DNA of 59,644 bases, from assembly GCA_022360555.1 (NCBI GenBank), contig JAKSCQ010000179.1, positions 1 to 59,644 of the forward strand, written 5' to 3'. Of the stretch, positions 20,581 to 30,285 are shown in pieces (the stretch's first letter is position 1; each line of letters starts with the position of its first letter). The stretch is from Pseudomonadales bacterium. Its GTDB lineage: Bacteria; Pseudomonadota; Gammaproteobacteria; Pseudomonadales; Alcanivoracaceae. The position numbers were made by a program, and so were the translations under genes. The notes beneath the pieces were generated by a model, which saw only the letters and a program-made list of their open reading frames with translations, was not told the origin of the DNA and did no database searches.

Positions 20581-22371
20581 ATGATCGAATACCGGATTCG
20601 CCCACTGCGCCCCGAAGCGCACCTGTTTGAAGTGACACTGACCGTGGCGAACCCGACTCCGGAAGGCCAGGCCTTTACACTGCCGGCCTGGATTCCCGGC
20701 AGCTACATGATTCGTGACTTCGCCCGCCATCTGGTGCATATCGAAGCCAGTTGTCATGGCGAGACCCTGCCGGTGGCCAAGATCGACAAGCAGACCTGGC
20801 AATTGCCACCCTGCGACGGCGCGGTGCAGGTGCAATATCAGATATATGCCTGGGACCTGTCTGTCCGTGGCGCGCACCTGGATACCACCCACGGTTATTT
20901 CAACGGCACCTGTGTATTCCTGGCCGCCATGGGGCACGAAGACCAACCCTGTGAGGTAGAAATCGAGCCGCCGGAAGGCAGTGCCTACGTAAACTGGCGG
21001 GTGGCCACCGGCCTCACCCGCCTGAGCGGTTCCGAGCTGGCGTTCGGTCGGTTTCAGGCCGATAACTACGACGCGCTGATTGATCATCCGGTGGAAATGG
21101 GGCCGTTCGAGTACGCCCAGTTCGAAGCCTGCGGTGTGCCGCATCTGGTGGCCCTGGCCGGCCGGCACCGGGCAGACATGGCGCGCCTGTGTCGCGATCT
21201 CAAACCCATCTGCGAGCATCACATCCGGATGTTCGGGGAGCCGGCGCCCATGGATCACTACGTCTTCATGACGCTGGTCACCGGCAGTGCCTATGGCGGG
21301 CTGGAGCACCGCAACTCCACCAGCCTCATGTGTGCCCGTGACGACCTGCCCAAACGTACCGATGACCCGGCGAAGGTTCGCGATGGTTATCGCAGCTACC
21401 TGGGCCTGTGCAGCCACGAATATTTCCATACCTGGAACATCAAGCGTATCAAACCGGCGGCCTTTACCCCGTTCGACCTGTCCCGCGAAGTGCATACCGA
21501 ACTGCTATGGGCCTTCGAGGGGATTACCAGTTACTACGATGATCTGTCACTGACCCGCACCGGCCTGATTCCGCCACAGAGCTACCTGGAGCTGCTGGGT
21601 CAGATCATGACCCGCGTCTACCGGGGGCAGGGCCGTCACAAACAGACCGTCACCGAATCCAGCTTCGATGCCTGGACCCGTTTCTACAAACAGGACGAAA
21701 ATGCCCCCAATGCCATCGTCAGTTACTACACCAAGGGCTCTCTGATTGCCCTGGCGCTGGACCTGACCCTGCGTAACCTCACCGATGAAAAACGCTCCCT
21801 GGACGATCTCATGCGCCTGCTCTGGCAGCGTTACGGACAGACCGGGGAAGGCGTACCGGAGCAGGGCGTGCAGGCACTGGCCGAAGAAGTGGCCGGCTGC
21901 GACATGGGTGATTTTTTCAGCCAGGCGCTCTACAGCACCGAAGACCTGCCCCTGGCCGAGCTGCTGGCCGAGCGGGGCGTGGAACTTAACTGGCGCAGTG
22001 CGGCGGGCCATGGCGACAACGGTGGCAAACCCGGCAAGGACGGCATTCCGAACCTGGGCGCGCGACTGGTGGCGGACCCCATGGGGGCAAAAATCGCCGT
22101 GGCTTTTGAACAGGGCCCGGCCATGGCCGCCGGCCTGTCCGCCGGCGACGTGATCATCGCCGTGGATGGCCTGCAGGCCACCCAGGCGAATATCGACAAC
22201 CTGCTGGCCGCCTTCCTGCCCGGTGAGACCGTGGAAGTCCACGCCTTCCGCCGCGATGAGCTGATGAAGTTCCGGGTAGAAGTGGCACCCACCGAACCGA
22301 GCACCGCCTACCTGACCATCGCCAAGGGCGGACTGACGGAGAAGGGTAAGGCCTGGCTGCACGCGAAATAA
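20581..22371 (+). CDS. M61 family metallopeptidase with PDZ domain
   Basis: WIPGSY, GGLEH, HEYFHTWN, EGITSYY, C-terminal PDZ (GLSAGDVIIAVDG). Confidence 0.92.
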   Translation: MIEYRIRPLRPEAHLFEVTLTVANPTPEGQAFTLPAWIPGSYMIRDFARHLVHIEASCHGETLPVAKIDKQTWQLPPCDGAVQVQYQIYAWDLSVRGAHLDTTHGYFNGTCVFLAAMGHEDQPCEVEIEPPEGSAYVNWRVATGLTRLSGSELAFGRFQADNYDALIDHPVEMGPFEYAQFEACGVPHLVALAGRHRADMARLCRDLKPICEHHIRMFGEPAPMDHYVFMTLVTGSAYGGLEHRNSTSLMCARDDLPKRTDDPAKVRDGYRSYLGLCSHEYFHTWNIKRIKPAAFTPFDLSREVHTELLWAFEGITSYYDDLSLTRTGLIPPQSYLELLGQIMTRVYRGQGRHKQTVTESSFDAWTRFYKQDENAPNAIVSYYTKGSLIALALDLTLRNLTDEKRSLDDLMRLLWQRYGQTGEGVPEQGVQALAEEVAGCDMGDFFSQALYSTEDLPLAELLAERGVELNWRSAAGHGDNGGKPGKDGIPNLGARLVADPMGAKIAVAFEQGPAMAAGLSAGDVIIAVDGLQATQANIDNLLAAFLPGETVEVHAFRRDELMKFRVEVAPTEPSTAYLTIAKGGLTEKGKAWLHAK

Positions 22372-22396
22372 CAAAGGCTGCAGGAGCACCTCTAGG

Positions 22397-22452
22397 CAGT
22401 GACGAGTTGCGAGAAGCGAGTTTTGAAACTCGCTTCTCCTGACTCGGTACTG
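22397..22452. repeat. Heptamer-periodic inverted repeat, copy B
   Basis: cagtga-cgagttg-cgagaag-cgagttt / aaactcg-cttctcc-tgactcg. Confidence 0.7.
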
Positions 22453-22496
22453 GTGTAGCGTACCTCAAGAGTCGCTCCGGCATAGAAACCTCTGAA

Positions 22497-25400
22497 ATGA
22501 CCGATTCCCTCAAGTCTCTCTACAACCAGCTAAACAACGTCCGCCAGGCCGACCGCTTTCGTCTGAAAAAGCGCATCGATGGCCTGGCGCGCCTGCCTGC
22601 GCAGAAGCGCAACGACAAGGCCGTGGAAAAAATCGCGGCGGCCATTGCCGGCTCCATCGCCAACCGGGAAAAACGCCAGGCATCACTGCCCGCGCTGACC
22701 TGGCCGGACCTGCCGGTGGTGGCCAGTCGCGAGGACATCAAAACGGCCATTCGTGACCATCAGGTGGTGGTGATCGCCGGGGAAACCGGTTCGGGCAAGA
22801 CCACCCAGTTACCGAAAATCTGTCTGGAGCTGGGGCGTGGTATCGAGGGCACCATTGGCCACACCCAGCCCCGTCGACTGGCGGCCCGGGCCGTGGCCAA
22901 CCGGGTGGCGGAGGAGCTGGACAGCCCACTGGGCACCACCGTGGGGTTCAAGGTGCGCTTTGCCGAACAGGTCAGCGACACCAGCCTGATCAAGGTGCTC
23001 ACCGACGGGATGCTGCTCAATGAAATCCAGCAGGACCGCTTTCTCAATCAGTATGACACCCTGATCATCGACGAAGCCCACGAACGCAGCCTCAATATCG
23101 ATTTCCTGCTCGGCTATCTGAAGCAGCTACTGCCAAAACGGCCGGACCTGAAACTGATCATTACCTCGGCCACCATTGACCACGAGCGCTTTGCCAACCA
23201 TTTCGGTGATGCCCCGGTGCTGGAAGTGTCCGGTCGCACCTATCCGGTGGAAATGCGCTATCGCCCGCCCGTGGAAGGGCAGGAGCTGTCCCGGCAGATC
23301 GAGGACGTGCTACAGGAAATCCAGCGCGAGGAGCGCCGCGAGGGCCTGCCAATGGCGCGGGATGTGCTGGTGTTCCTGGCGGGTGAACGGGATATCCGTG
23401 ATGTACACCATCACCTGAAACGATGCGAACTGCGTGACACGGAAATCCTGCCGCTCTATGCGCGCCTCAGCCAGGCGGAGCAGCACCGCATCTTTGCCCC
23501 GCACCGTGGCCGGCGGGTGGTGCTCAGTACCAATGTGGCGGAAACGTCGCTCACCGTACCGGGTATCCGCTACGTGATTGATGCCGGTACCGCGCGGATC
23601 AGCCGCTACAGCGTGCACTCCAAGGTGCAGCGCCTGCCGGTGGAACCGGTCAGCCAGGCCAGTGCCAACCAGCGGGCCGGGCGCAGCGGGCGCATCATGC
23701 CCGGCATCTGTTTCCGGCTCTACGACGAAGACGACTTTCTCAATCGCCCGGCGTTCACCGACCCGGAAATCCAGCGCACCAATCTGGCCGCCGTCATCCT
23801 GCAAATGGCCGACCTGCGGCTGGGCCGGGTCGAGGATTTTCCCTTTATCGAGCCGCCGGATGGCCGCCTGATCCGCGATGGTTATCGGCTGTTGGAAGAA
23901 CTGGGGGCGCTGACCCAAAAGCAGACCCTGACCAAACTGGGGCGGCAACTGGCGCGGTTCCCGCTGGACCCGACCCTTGGGCGCATGCTGGTGGCTGCCG
24001 CCGACCATAATGTGCTTCGCGAAGCACTGATCGTGGTGTCGGCCCTGGCCGCCCAGGACCCGCGTGAGCGCCCCCATGACAAACAGCAGCAGGCGGACCA
24101 GGCCCACCAGCCGTTTACCGACAAGGAATCGGATTTCCTGTTCTTCGTGAAACTCTGGCAATGGGCAGAAAACCAGCGCGAAGAACTCAGCCGCAACCAG
24201 TATGAAAAGCGACTCAAGAAAACCTTCCTGTCGCCCACCCGGATGCGTGAATGGCGCGATACCCATCGGCAACTCTTGTTGCTCTGCAAGGAGCAGGGCT
24301 GGTCGCTGAACAAGCCGGCGGCCAACGAGCAGGGGGTGGCGGAAGGCATGTATGCGCCGCTGCACAAGAGCCTGCTGACCGGCCTGCTGGCCAATGTGAT
24401 GCAACGCACCGAGGAAGGCGAGTGGTTGTCTACCCGCAACCGTAAGCCCCTGATCTGGCCCGGCTCGTCTCTGTCAAAAACCAGGGCCCGTTGGTTGATG
24501 GCTGCCGAACAGGTGGAAACCAGCCGCCTGTTTGCCCGTACCGTTGCCAAAGTGGACCCGCAGTGGGTCGAGGACGCCGCCGGCCACCTGATCAAGCGCC
24601 AGTACTACGAGCCACACTGGTCGAAAAAACGTGGCTGCGCCATGGCCAAGGAACAGGTGAACCTGTTTGGCCTGATTCTGGCCAGCGGTCGCCGGGTGAA
24701 CTACGGCCCCATCAATCCCGAGGAGGCACGGGAGCTGATGATTCGCGAGGGCCTGGTCATGGGCCAGCTCACCCGTGAACCGCCTTTCGTGAAGGCCAAC
24801 CGGGAGCAGTTCGAGCGCCTGGAAGACATGGAACACAAGCTGCGCCGACGGGACATCCTGGTGGATGAAGAGGCGCGGGTGGCTTTCTATGACGAGCGCC
24901 TGCCCGACCACCTGAACACCGTGGCCGGGCTCATGAGCTGGTACAACAAGAAGGCCAGTGAGGCAGAAAAAGCATCGCTGGTGATGGGCGAGGATTTCCT
25001 GTTGTCGCGCAACCCGGATCTGGCCGGCGACCAGTTCCCGGACCGGTTGACGCTGGAGGGGCTCAGCCTGCCGCTGGAATACAGCTTCGATCCCGCCGGT
25101 GAGCGCGATGGCGTCACCCTGGTGGTGCCCCTGGCGGTGCTTAACCAGGTCCCCGAAGCGCGTCTGGACTGGCTGGTACCGGGCCTGCTGCGGGAAAAGC
25201 TGGAAGCCCTGATCCGCGCTCTACCCAAGGCCCGGCGCCGGCATTTCGTGCCTGTGCCTGACTACGTCAGTGCTCTGATGGATACCCTGTCCCCCGAGGA
25301 ACCCCTGCTACCGGCCATGACCCGCGAACTCCAGCGTATGACCGGTGTGCGTATCGAGCTGGAAGAGTGGCAGGACGCAGATCTGCCGGACCACCTGCGC

Positions 25401-26387
25401 ATGTACGTCCAGGTGGTGGACCGAGTGGACGGCAAACGCAAGGTGCTGGCACAGGGACGCCGCCTGGCTGAGGTAAAGGAAAAGTTGCAAGGCATGAGCC
25501 AGGTACTGCCGCAGCAAGACAGCCAGGAAGAGGTTCTGCGCGGTCAGGACTGGATCTTCGCCTCCCTGCCGGAGACGCAGACCCGCGATATGGGGGGTAT
25601 GACCCTGCAGCGCTATCCGGCCCTGCAGGATGACGGCGACAGCGTGGTGCTGGCTTACCCGGATACCCTGGAAACCGCGGCCTGGCTGCACCGCTGGGGC
25701 TGCGCCCGGCTGATCAGCTTCCGCTTGTCCGCCCAGCTACGAGATCTGCGCAAACAGGCATCGCAGATGGCGGGCTTCCAGAAGCTGAAGGGCGAGAAGG
25801 GCGCCATGGCCCGCAACGCGCTGGACCATGCCCTGTTGCGCCTGATTGCCGAGCATTTTGCCCTGGCGACCCCGATCCGCGATGAACAGGCCTTCCGGGC
25901 CCGGCTGGATGCTCACAGGGGCGATTTTGTGCCCTGGGCCCAGCAGCAGCTCAAGGCCTTCGGTGCGCTGTTTGCCCACTACCGGCAGCTCATGGGCAAA
26001 CTGGAAAAAAACTTTCCATTGGCCTGGGCCCATGCCCACCGGGACCTGAAACAGCAGTTGGCGGCGCTTTTTTGTGACGATTTTTTGCAGCAGATGCCCT
26101 GGGAGTGGCTGATGGAGTATCCCCGCTATCTCACGGGTATTGATCATCGGCTGGACAAACTGGGTGGCCAGATTGGCAAGGACCGCACGCTGACCGCGGA
26201 ACTGGATGCCTTTACCCGCCAGTATGAGACCCGCGCCGCCGGGCGCCCGCTACGCGAACAGCCGGAACCGTTGCAGCTGTATTTCTGGATGCTCCAGGAG
26301 TACCGGGTCAGCCTCTTTGCCCAGCAGCTTGGCACCCGGGTGCCGGTTTCCGCCAAGCGTCTGAACAAGCAGTGGGAGCTCTGCTGA
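22497..26387 (+). CDS. hrpA: ATP-dependent RNA helicase HrpA
   Basis: GETGSGKTTQ, DEAHERS, SAT, QRAGRSGR; 1296 aa ending EYRVSLFAQ. Confidence 0.95.
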   Translation: MTDSLKSLYNQLNNVRQADRFRLKKRIDGLARLPAQKRNDKAVEKIAAAIAGSIANREKRQASLPALTWPDLPVVASREDIKTAIRDHQVVVIAGETGSGKTTQLPKICLELGRGIEGTIGHTQPRRLAARAVANRVAEELDSPLGTTVGFKVRFAEQVSDTSLIKVLTDGMLLNEIQQDRFLNQYDTLIIDEAHERSLNIDFLLGYLKQLLPKRPDLKLIITSATIDHERFANHFGDAPVLEVSGRTYPVEMRYRPPVEGQELSRQIEDVLQEIQREERREGLPMARDVLVFLAGERDIRDVHHHLKRCELRDTEILPLYARLSQAEQHRIFAPHRGRRVVLSTNVAETSLTVPGIRYVIDAGTARISRYSVHSKVQRLPVEPVSQASANQRAGRSGRIMPGICFRLYDEDDFLNRPAFTDPEIQRTNLAAVILQMADLRLGRVEDFPFIEPPDGRLIRDGYRLLEELGALTQKQTLTKLGRQLARFPLDPTLGRMLVAAADHNVLREALIVVSALAAQDPRERPHDKQQQADQAHQPFTDKESDFLFFVKLWQWAENQREELSRNQYEKRLKKTFLSPTRMREWRDTHRQLLLLCKEQGWSLNKPAANEQGVAEGMYAPLHKSLLTGLLANVMQRTEEGEWLSTRNRKPLIWPGSSLSKTRARWLMAAEQVETSRLFARTVAKVDPQWVEDAAGHLIKRQYYEPHWSKKRGCAMAKEQVNLFGLILASGRRVNYGPINPEEARELMIREGLVMGQLTREPPFVKANREQFERLEDMEHKLRRRDILVDEEARVAFYDERLPDHLNTVAGLMSWYNKKASEAEKASLVMGEDFLLSRNPDLAGDQFPDRLTLEGLSLPLEYSFDPAGERDGVTLVVPLAVLNQVPEARLDWLVPGLLREKLEALIRALPKARRRHFVPVPDYVSALMDTLSPEEPLLPAMTRELQRMTGVRIELEEWQDADLPDHLRMYVQVVDRVDGKRKVLAQGRRLAEVKEKLQGMSQVLPQQDSQEEVLRGQDWIFASLPETQTRDMGGMTLQRYPALQDDGDSVVLAYPDTLETAAWLHRWGCARLISFRLSAQLRDLRKQASQMAGFQKLKGEKGAMARNALDHALLRLIAEHFALATPIRDEQAFRARLDAHRGDFVPWAQQQLKAFGALFAHYRQLMGKLEKNFPLAWAHAHRDLKQQLAALFCDDFLQQMPWEWLMEYPRYLTGIDHRLDKLGGQIGKDRTLTAELDAFTRQYETRAAGRPLREQPEPLQLYFWMLQEYRVSLFAQQLGTRVPVSAKRLNKQWELC

Positions 26388-26407
26388 GCTACATGCCGGG
26401 ACCTTCC

Positions 26408-26474
26408 GTGGGAGCGGTCGTTCGGCCGCGATCTTTACCTGAAACTTGCAATCGTGGTCGAACGACCGCTCCCG
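26408..26474. repeat. REP-like inverted doublet (related elements near 9683-9748, 18793-18826, 33490-33557)
   Basis: GTGGGAGCGGTCGTTCGGCCGCGAT ... ATCGTGGTCGAACGACCGCTCCC. Confidence 0.6.
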
Positions 26475-26617
26475 AAGAAAGCCGCGCAGGTGGGAAACGG
26501 GCGTTTGGCGAATCCCTACCTTTGCGCTGGACACCCTGAATCCGGATAATCGACCCATTATTTTATTTTTGCTGTAGCGGGGAGCTGTGTCTCTCCGTTT
26601 TGTGCGAGGACTCGCTT

Positions 26618-27748
26618 GTGAGCTATTCCGTAGTAATCAGTGGCACCGGCCTGTGGACCCCCGAGCAGACCATCACCAACGACGAGTTGGTGGCTTCCTT
26701 CAACGAATACGTGGAGCGTTTCAACGCCCGCAACGCCGAAGCCATCGCCGCCGGTGAAGTGACGGCCCTGGAGCCATCCAATAGCGCCTTTATCGAAAAG
26801 GCCTCCGGCATCAAGCAGCGCTATGTGCTTGACAAGGAAGGGATTCTGGACCCGGACCGGCTGGCGCCCCGGATCCCCGAGCGCCCGGATGACGAGCTGT
26901 CCGTGCAGGCGGAAATTGCCGTCAAATCCGCAAAACAGGCACTGGAAAACGCCAATCTCACCGCCGATGACCTGGATGCGGTACTGGTCGCCTGCTCCAA
27001 TATGCAGCGTCCGTACCCGGCCATGGCCGTAGAAGTGCAGGCCGCGCTGGGCATGGAGCACGGCTGGGGCTATGACATGAACGTGGCCTGTTCCAGCGCC
27101 ACCTTCGGCATCCAGGCCGGCGTGGACGCCATCCGCAACGGCAGTGCCCGCCGGGTGCTGATGGTCAACCCGGAAATCTGCTCCGGGCACCTGGCCTGGG
27201 AAGACCGCGACTGCCATTTCATCTTCGGCGACGTCTCCACCGCCGTGATCCTGGAGCGCAAGGAAGATGCCACCTCCGACAACCAGTGGGAGGTGCTGGG
27301 CACCCGTTTGCAGACCAAATTCTCCAGCAATATTCGTAACAACTTCGGCTTCCTGAACCGAGCGGACGAAAGCGGTGTGGGGGCCCGGGACAAGCTTTTC
27401 CGCCAGGAAGGGCGGCGGGTCTTCAAGGAAGTCTGCCCCATGGTGGCCGAGCAGATCACCTCTCATCTGGCGGATACCCAGGTGCCGGTGGAGTCCATCA
27501 GCCGCATGTGGCTGCACCAGGCCAACCTGAGCATGAACGAACTGATTTCCAAGCGCGTGCTGGGCCGTCCCGCCACCCGTGAGGAAGCCCCGGTGATTCT
27601 GGATGATTACGCCAACACCAGTTCGGCGGGCTCCATCATTGCCTTCCACAAACATAACGCCGACCTGCCGGTGGATACCAAGGGGGTCATCTGTTCCTTT
27701 GGGGCCGGTTATTCCATCGGTAGTGTGATCGTGAACCGCATTAAATAA
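26618..27748 (+). CDS. Beta-ketoacyl-ACP synthase III (FabH-like)
   Basis: VACSS catalytic Cys, HQAN, ANTSSA, FGAG; GTG start after AGGA. Confidence 0.9.
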   Translation: MSYSVVISGTGLWTPEQTITNDELVASFNEYVERFNARNAEAIAAGEVTALEPSNSAFIEKASGIKQRYVLDKEGILDPDRLAPRIPERPDDELSVQAEIAVKSAKQALENANLTADDLDAVLVACSNMQRPYPAMAVEVQAALGMEHGWGYDMNVACSSATFGIQAGVDAIRNGSARRVLMVNPEICSGHLAWEDRDCHFIFGDVSTAVILERKEDATSDNQWEVLGTRLQTKFSSNIRNNFGFLNRADESGVGARDKLFRQEGRRVFKEVCPMVAEQITSHLADTQVPVESISRMWLHQANLSMNELISKRVLGRPATREEAPVILDDYANTSSAGSIIAFHKHNADLPVDTKGVICSFGAGYSIGSVIVNRIK

Positions 27749-27794
27749 ATTGCGCACTTTCACAACCGCTTCACGAAAAGCCGCCTGAGAGGCG

Positions 27795-28045
27795 TAATGC
27801 TGTTCACTTAAGCGGTGGGCGTCTAACTCAATCCTTTCAGACAGGTCCCCTCTCCCCTTGCGGGCGGAGTAACGCACGCAGTGCGGCCCGCAGGGTGAGC
27901 GAAGCGAATAAGGGACAGGGAGAGGGGGTCGACAACATTTCAATGACTTACCATTGATCTGACTATCGCGCCCCCTCTCCCCAACCCCTCTCCCGCAAGG
28001 GGAGAGGGGCTTAAATCTAACCCAAACCTAAAGTGAACGGCATTA
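27795..28045. mobile_element. IS4-family-type MITE (251 bp) inserted in a terminator
   Basis: 18-bp TIRs TAATGCTGTTCACTTAAG / TAATGCCGTTCACTTTAG (16/18); flanking 12-bp duplication GCCTGAGAGGCG (27783-27794) / GCCTGAAAGGCG (28046-28057). Confidence 0.8.
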
Positions 28046-28203
28046 GCCTGAAAGGCGGCTTTTTTTGTGGCTGCCGTAACGTTTACCTCACGCCAGCATC
28101 TCTATAGTGTCTGATACAGGCGCTACGCAGAAAAACGTGGTTGCCTGAGCCGCGCATGCGCGGTTTCGGACCCAACCTCAATAACGATGTATGGAGACTC
28201 AAC

Positions 28204-28497
28204 ATGGCTAAGCTGACCAAACTCAACCCCCTGGCCGCCACTGTGGGTGCTGCCGTCGTAGCATCTGCGATGTCCATGCCGGTTGCCAATGCCGCCGAAA
28301 ATCCCTTTGCTGCTTCCGACCTGAACACCGGTTATCAGCTGGCCGGCCACGCGGAAGGCAAGTGTGGTGAAGGCAAATGTGGCGAAGACAAGAAAGGCGA
28401 AGGTAGCTGCGGCGAGAAAGGTGCCGAAGGCAAATGTGGTGAAGACAAGAAAGGCGAGGGAAAATGTGGTGAAGGCAAATGCGGCGGTGCTGCATAA
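28204..28497 (+). CDS. hvfA: EGKCG-repeat RiPP precursor (HvfA-like, Sec signal)
   Basis: GGAG RBS, signal peptide (ANA-A), five EGKCG plus one EGSCG. Confidence 0.85.
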   Translation: MAKLTKLNPLAATVGAAVVASAMSMPVANAAENPFAASDLNTGYQLAGHAEGKCGEGKCGEDKKGEGSCGEKGAEGKCGEDKKGEGKCGEGKCGGAA

Positions 28498-28521
28498 CGT
28501 CCTGATAAAGGAAGTTTCACC

Positions 28522-29382
28522 ATGAAAACACAGACACCAGTGTCCGGCGTGGGCCTGGGTCTTCGGCGGGCCCTGATGGGCCCGCTTTCCCGGGCCATGT
28601 CTTCGCAGGAATCGTCCTTGCCATTCAGTTTCATGGAAGTGGCACCGGAGAACTGGATTCCCATGGGCGGTCGCCTGGGGCGGGAATTCCGTGCCTTTAC
28701 CGAACAATTTCCGTTTGTTACCCATGGCTTGAGCCTGTCGCTGGGCGGCCCCGAGCCGCTGGATTTCGAATTGCTCAAATCGGTGAAAGCGTTTCTGCGC
28801 GAGCACAATATTCGCCGTTACACCGAGCACCTGAGTTACTGCAGTGATCACGGTCATCTCTATGACCTGATGCCCATCCCCTTTACCGAAGAAGCCGTGC
28901 ATTATGTGGCGGACCGGATCCGCCAGGTGCAGGACTTTCTGGAACAACCCATCGGGATTGAACACGTCAGTTATTATGCCGCTCCCGGTGCCGAAATGAC
29001 GGAAATCGACTTCGTCAACGCGGTGCTGGACGAGGCGGACTGCGAGCTGTTGCTGGATGTGAACAATGCCTACGTGAACAGCATCAACCATGGTTATGAT
29101 CCCCGGGAATTCATCAGTGCCTTGCCGGGCGAGCGAATCTGTTATCTGCATATCGCCGGGCATTTCGACGAAGCCGAAGACCTGAAGGTGGATACCCACG
29201 GCAGTGCGGTGATCGATCCGGTCTGGGAGCTGCTGGAGCACACCTACCGGGAATTCGGCGTGTTGCCGACCTTGCTGGAGCGGGACTTCAACTTCCCCGG
29301 CAATGAGGAACTGTTTGCCGAGCTGAAAAAAATTGGCCGCTATCAGCAACAGCATGGCGGGCAGGAGAGAAAACTGGGATGA
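28522..29382 (+). CDS. hvfB: DUF692 family multinuclear non-heme iron oxidative enzyme (MNIO, HvfB-like)
   Basis: GLGLRR, EVAPENW, HGLSLSLGG, EHLSY, LLDVNN, HIAGH, DTHG, LLERD. Confidence 0.92.
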   Translation: MKTQTPVSGVGLGLRRALMGPLSRAMSSQESSLPFSFMEVAPENWIPMGGRLGREFRAFTEQFPFVTHGLSLSLGGPEPLDFELLKSVKAFLREHNIRRYTEHLSYCSDHGHLYDLMPIPFTEEAVHYVADRIRQVQDFLEQPIGIEHVSYYAAPGAEMTEIDFVNAVLDEADCELLLDVNNAYVNSINHGYDPREFISALPGERICYLHIAGHFDEAEDLKVDTHGSAVIDPVWELLEHTYREFGVLPTLLERDFNFPGNEELFAELKKIGRYQQQHGGQERKLG

Positions 29383-30149
29383 GCGAGCCGGGGTTCAAGA
29401 CATTACAGCGCCGGTTTGCGGCACACCTGCGTAATCCGGATTCACACCCGGCTCCGGAAAACATTGAAGACCGGCGGCTCGATATTTACCGCAACCTGTT
29501 CTTCAATAACGTGAACGGCTTTATTCGCCAGGGTTTTCCGGTGCTGCACAGCATTCTGGACAGCCAGCGCTGGGAGCGGCTGGTACGCAGCTTCTTCGAG
29601 CACCATGCCTGCCAGACACCGTATTTTCTGGAGATCCCCCGGGAGTTCGTCAGCTTTCTGGCCAGCGGCAAGGGCCGCGAGCCGGAGGACCCGCCTTTCC
29701 TGCTGGAATTGGCCCACTACGAGTGGATGGAGCTGGTGCTGGATGCCTCCACCGAAGAGATTCCCCGCACCGGCGTGCAGGAGCAGGGTGACCTGCTGCG
29801 CGCCATCCCGCAATTGAGTCCGCTACATGCGGTCCTCAGCTACCACTTTCCGGTCCATCACATCTGTGACACCTTTCAACCGGACCAGCCGCAGGAGCAG
29901 CCCATTTGGCTGCTGGTCTACCGGGACCGCGAGGATGTGGTGCGTTTCATGGAGATCAATGCCCCCACCGCGCGCCTGCTGCAGCTGATTGATGAACATC
30001 CGGATGAAACCGGCAAGGCGGTGGTGGCCCGGTTGGCAGAAGAACTGCAGTTTGCGGATGTGGAAAAACTGGAACATTTTTCCCGCGATATTCTGCAACA
30101 AATGCGCGAGCGCGACATCCTTATAGGAACCACACTGAAAAGCTGTTAG
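29379..30149 (+). CDS. hvfC: DUF2063 family MNIO partner (HvfC-like)
   Basis: FAAHLRNP, RRLDIYRNLFFNN, ELAHYEW; ATGA overlap with DUF692. Confidence 0.88.
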   Translation: MSEPGFKTLQRRFAAHLRNPDSHPAPENIEDRRLDIYRNLFFNNVNGFIRQGFPVLHSILDSQRWERLVRSFFEHHACQTPYFLEIPREFVSFLASGKGREPEDPPFLLELAHYEWMELVLDASTEEIPRTGVQEQGDLLRAIPQLSPLHAVLSYHFPVHHICDTFQPDQPQEQPIWLLVYRDREDVVRFMEINAPTARLLQLIDEHPDETGKAVVARLAEELQFADVEKLEHFSRDILQQMRERDILIGTTLKSC

Positions 30150-30172
30150 AGGCACCCGCTAGCGGGGTAAAG

Positions 30173-30250
30173 CAGTGACGAGTTTCGAAAAGCGAGTATC
30201 GAAAGGCAAAACCGGTTTGGCTTTTCGCTACTCGAAACTCGTAACTCGAA
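30173..30250. repeat. Heptamer-periodic inverted repeat, copy C
   Basis: cagtga-cgagttt-cgaaaag-cgagtat ... ctactcg-aaactcg-taactcg. Confidence 0.7.
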
Positions 30251-30285
30251 TCTTGCCTCCTGCCACGTTTTAAGGAGAGTCGCCC

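Noticed and set aside
28350-28490. GAAGGCAAATGTGG repeats
   Set aside because: Explained by the EGKCG peptide repeats of the RiPP precursor.
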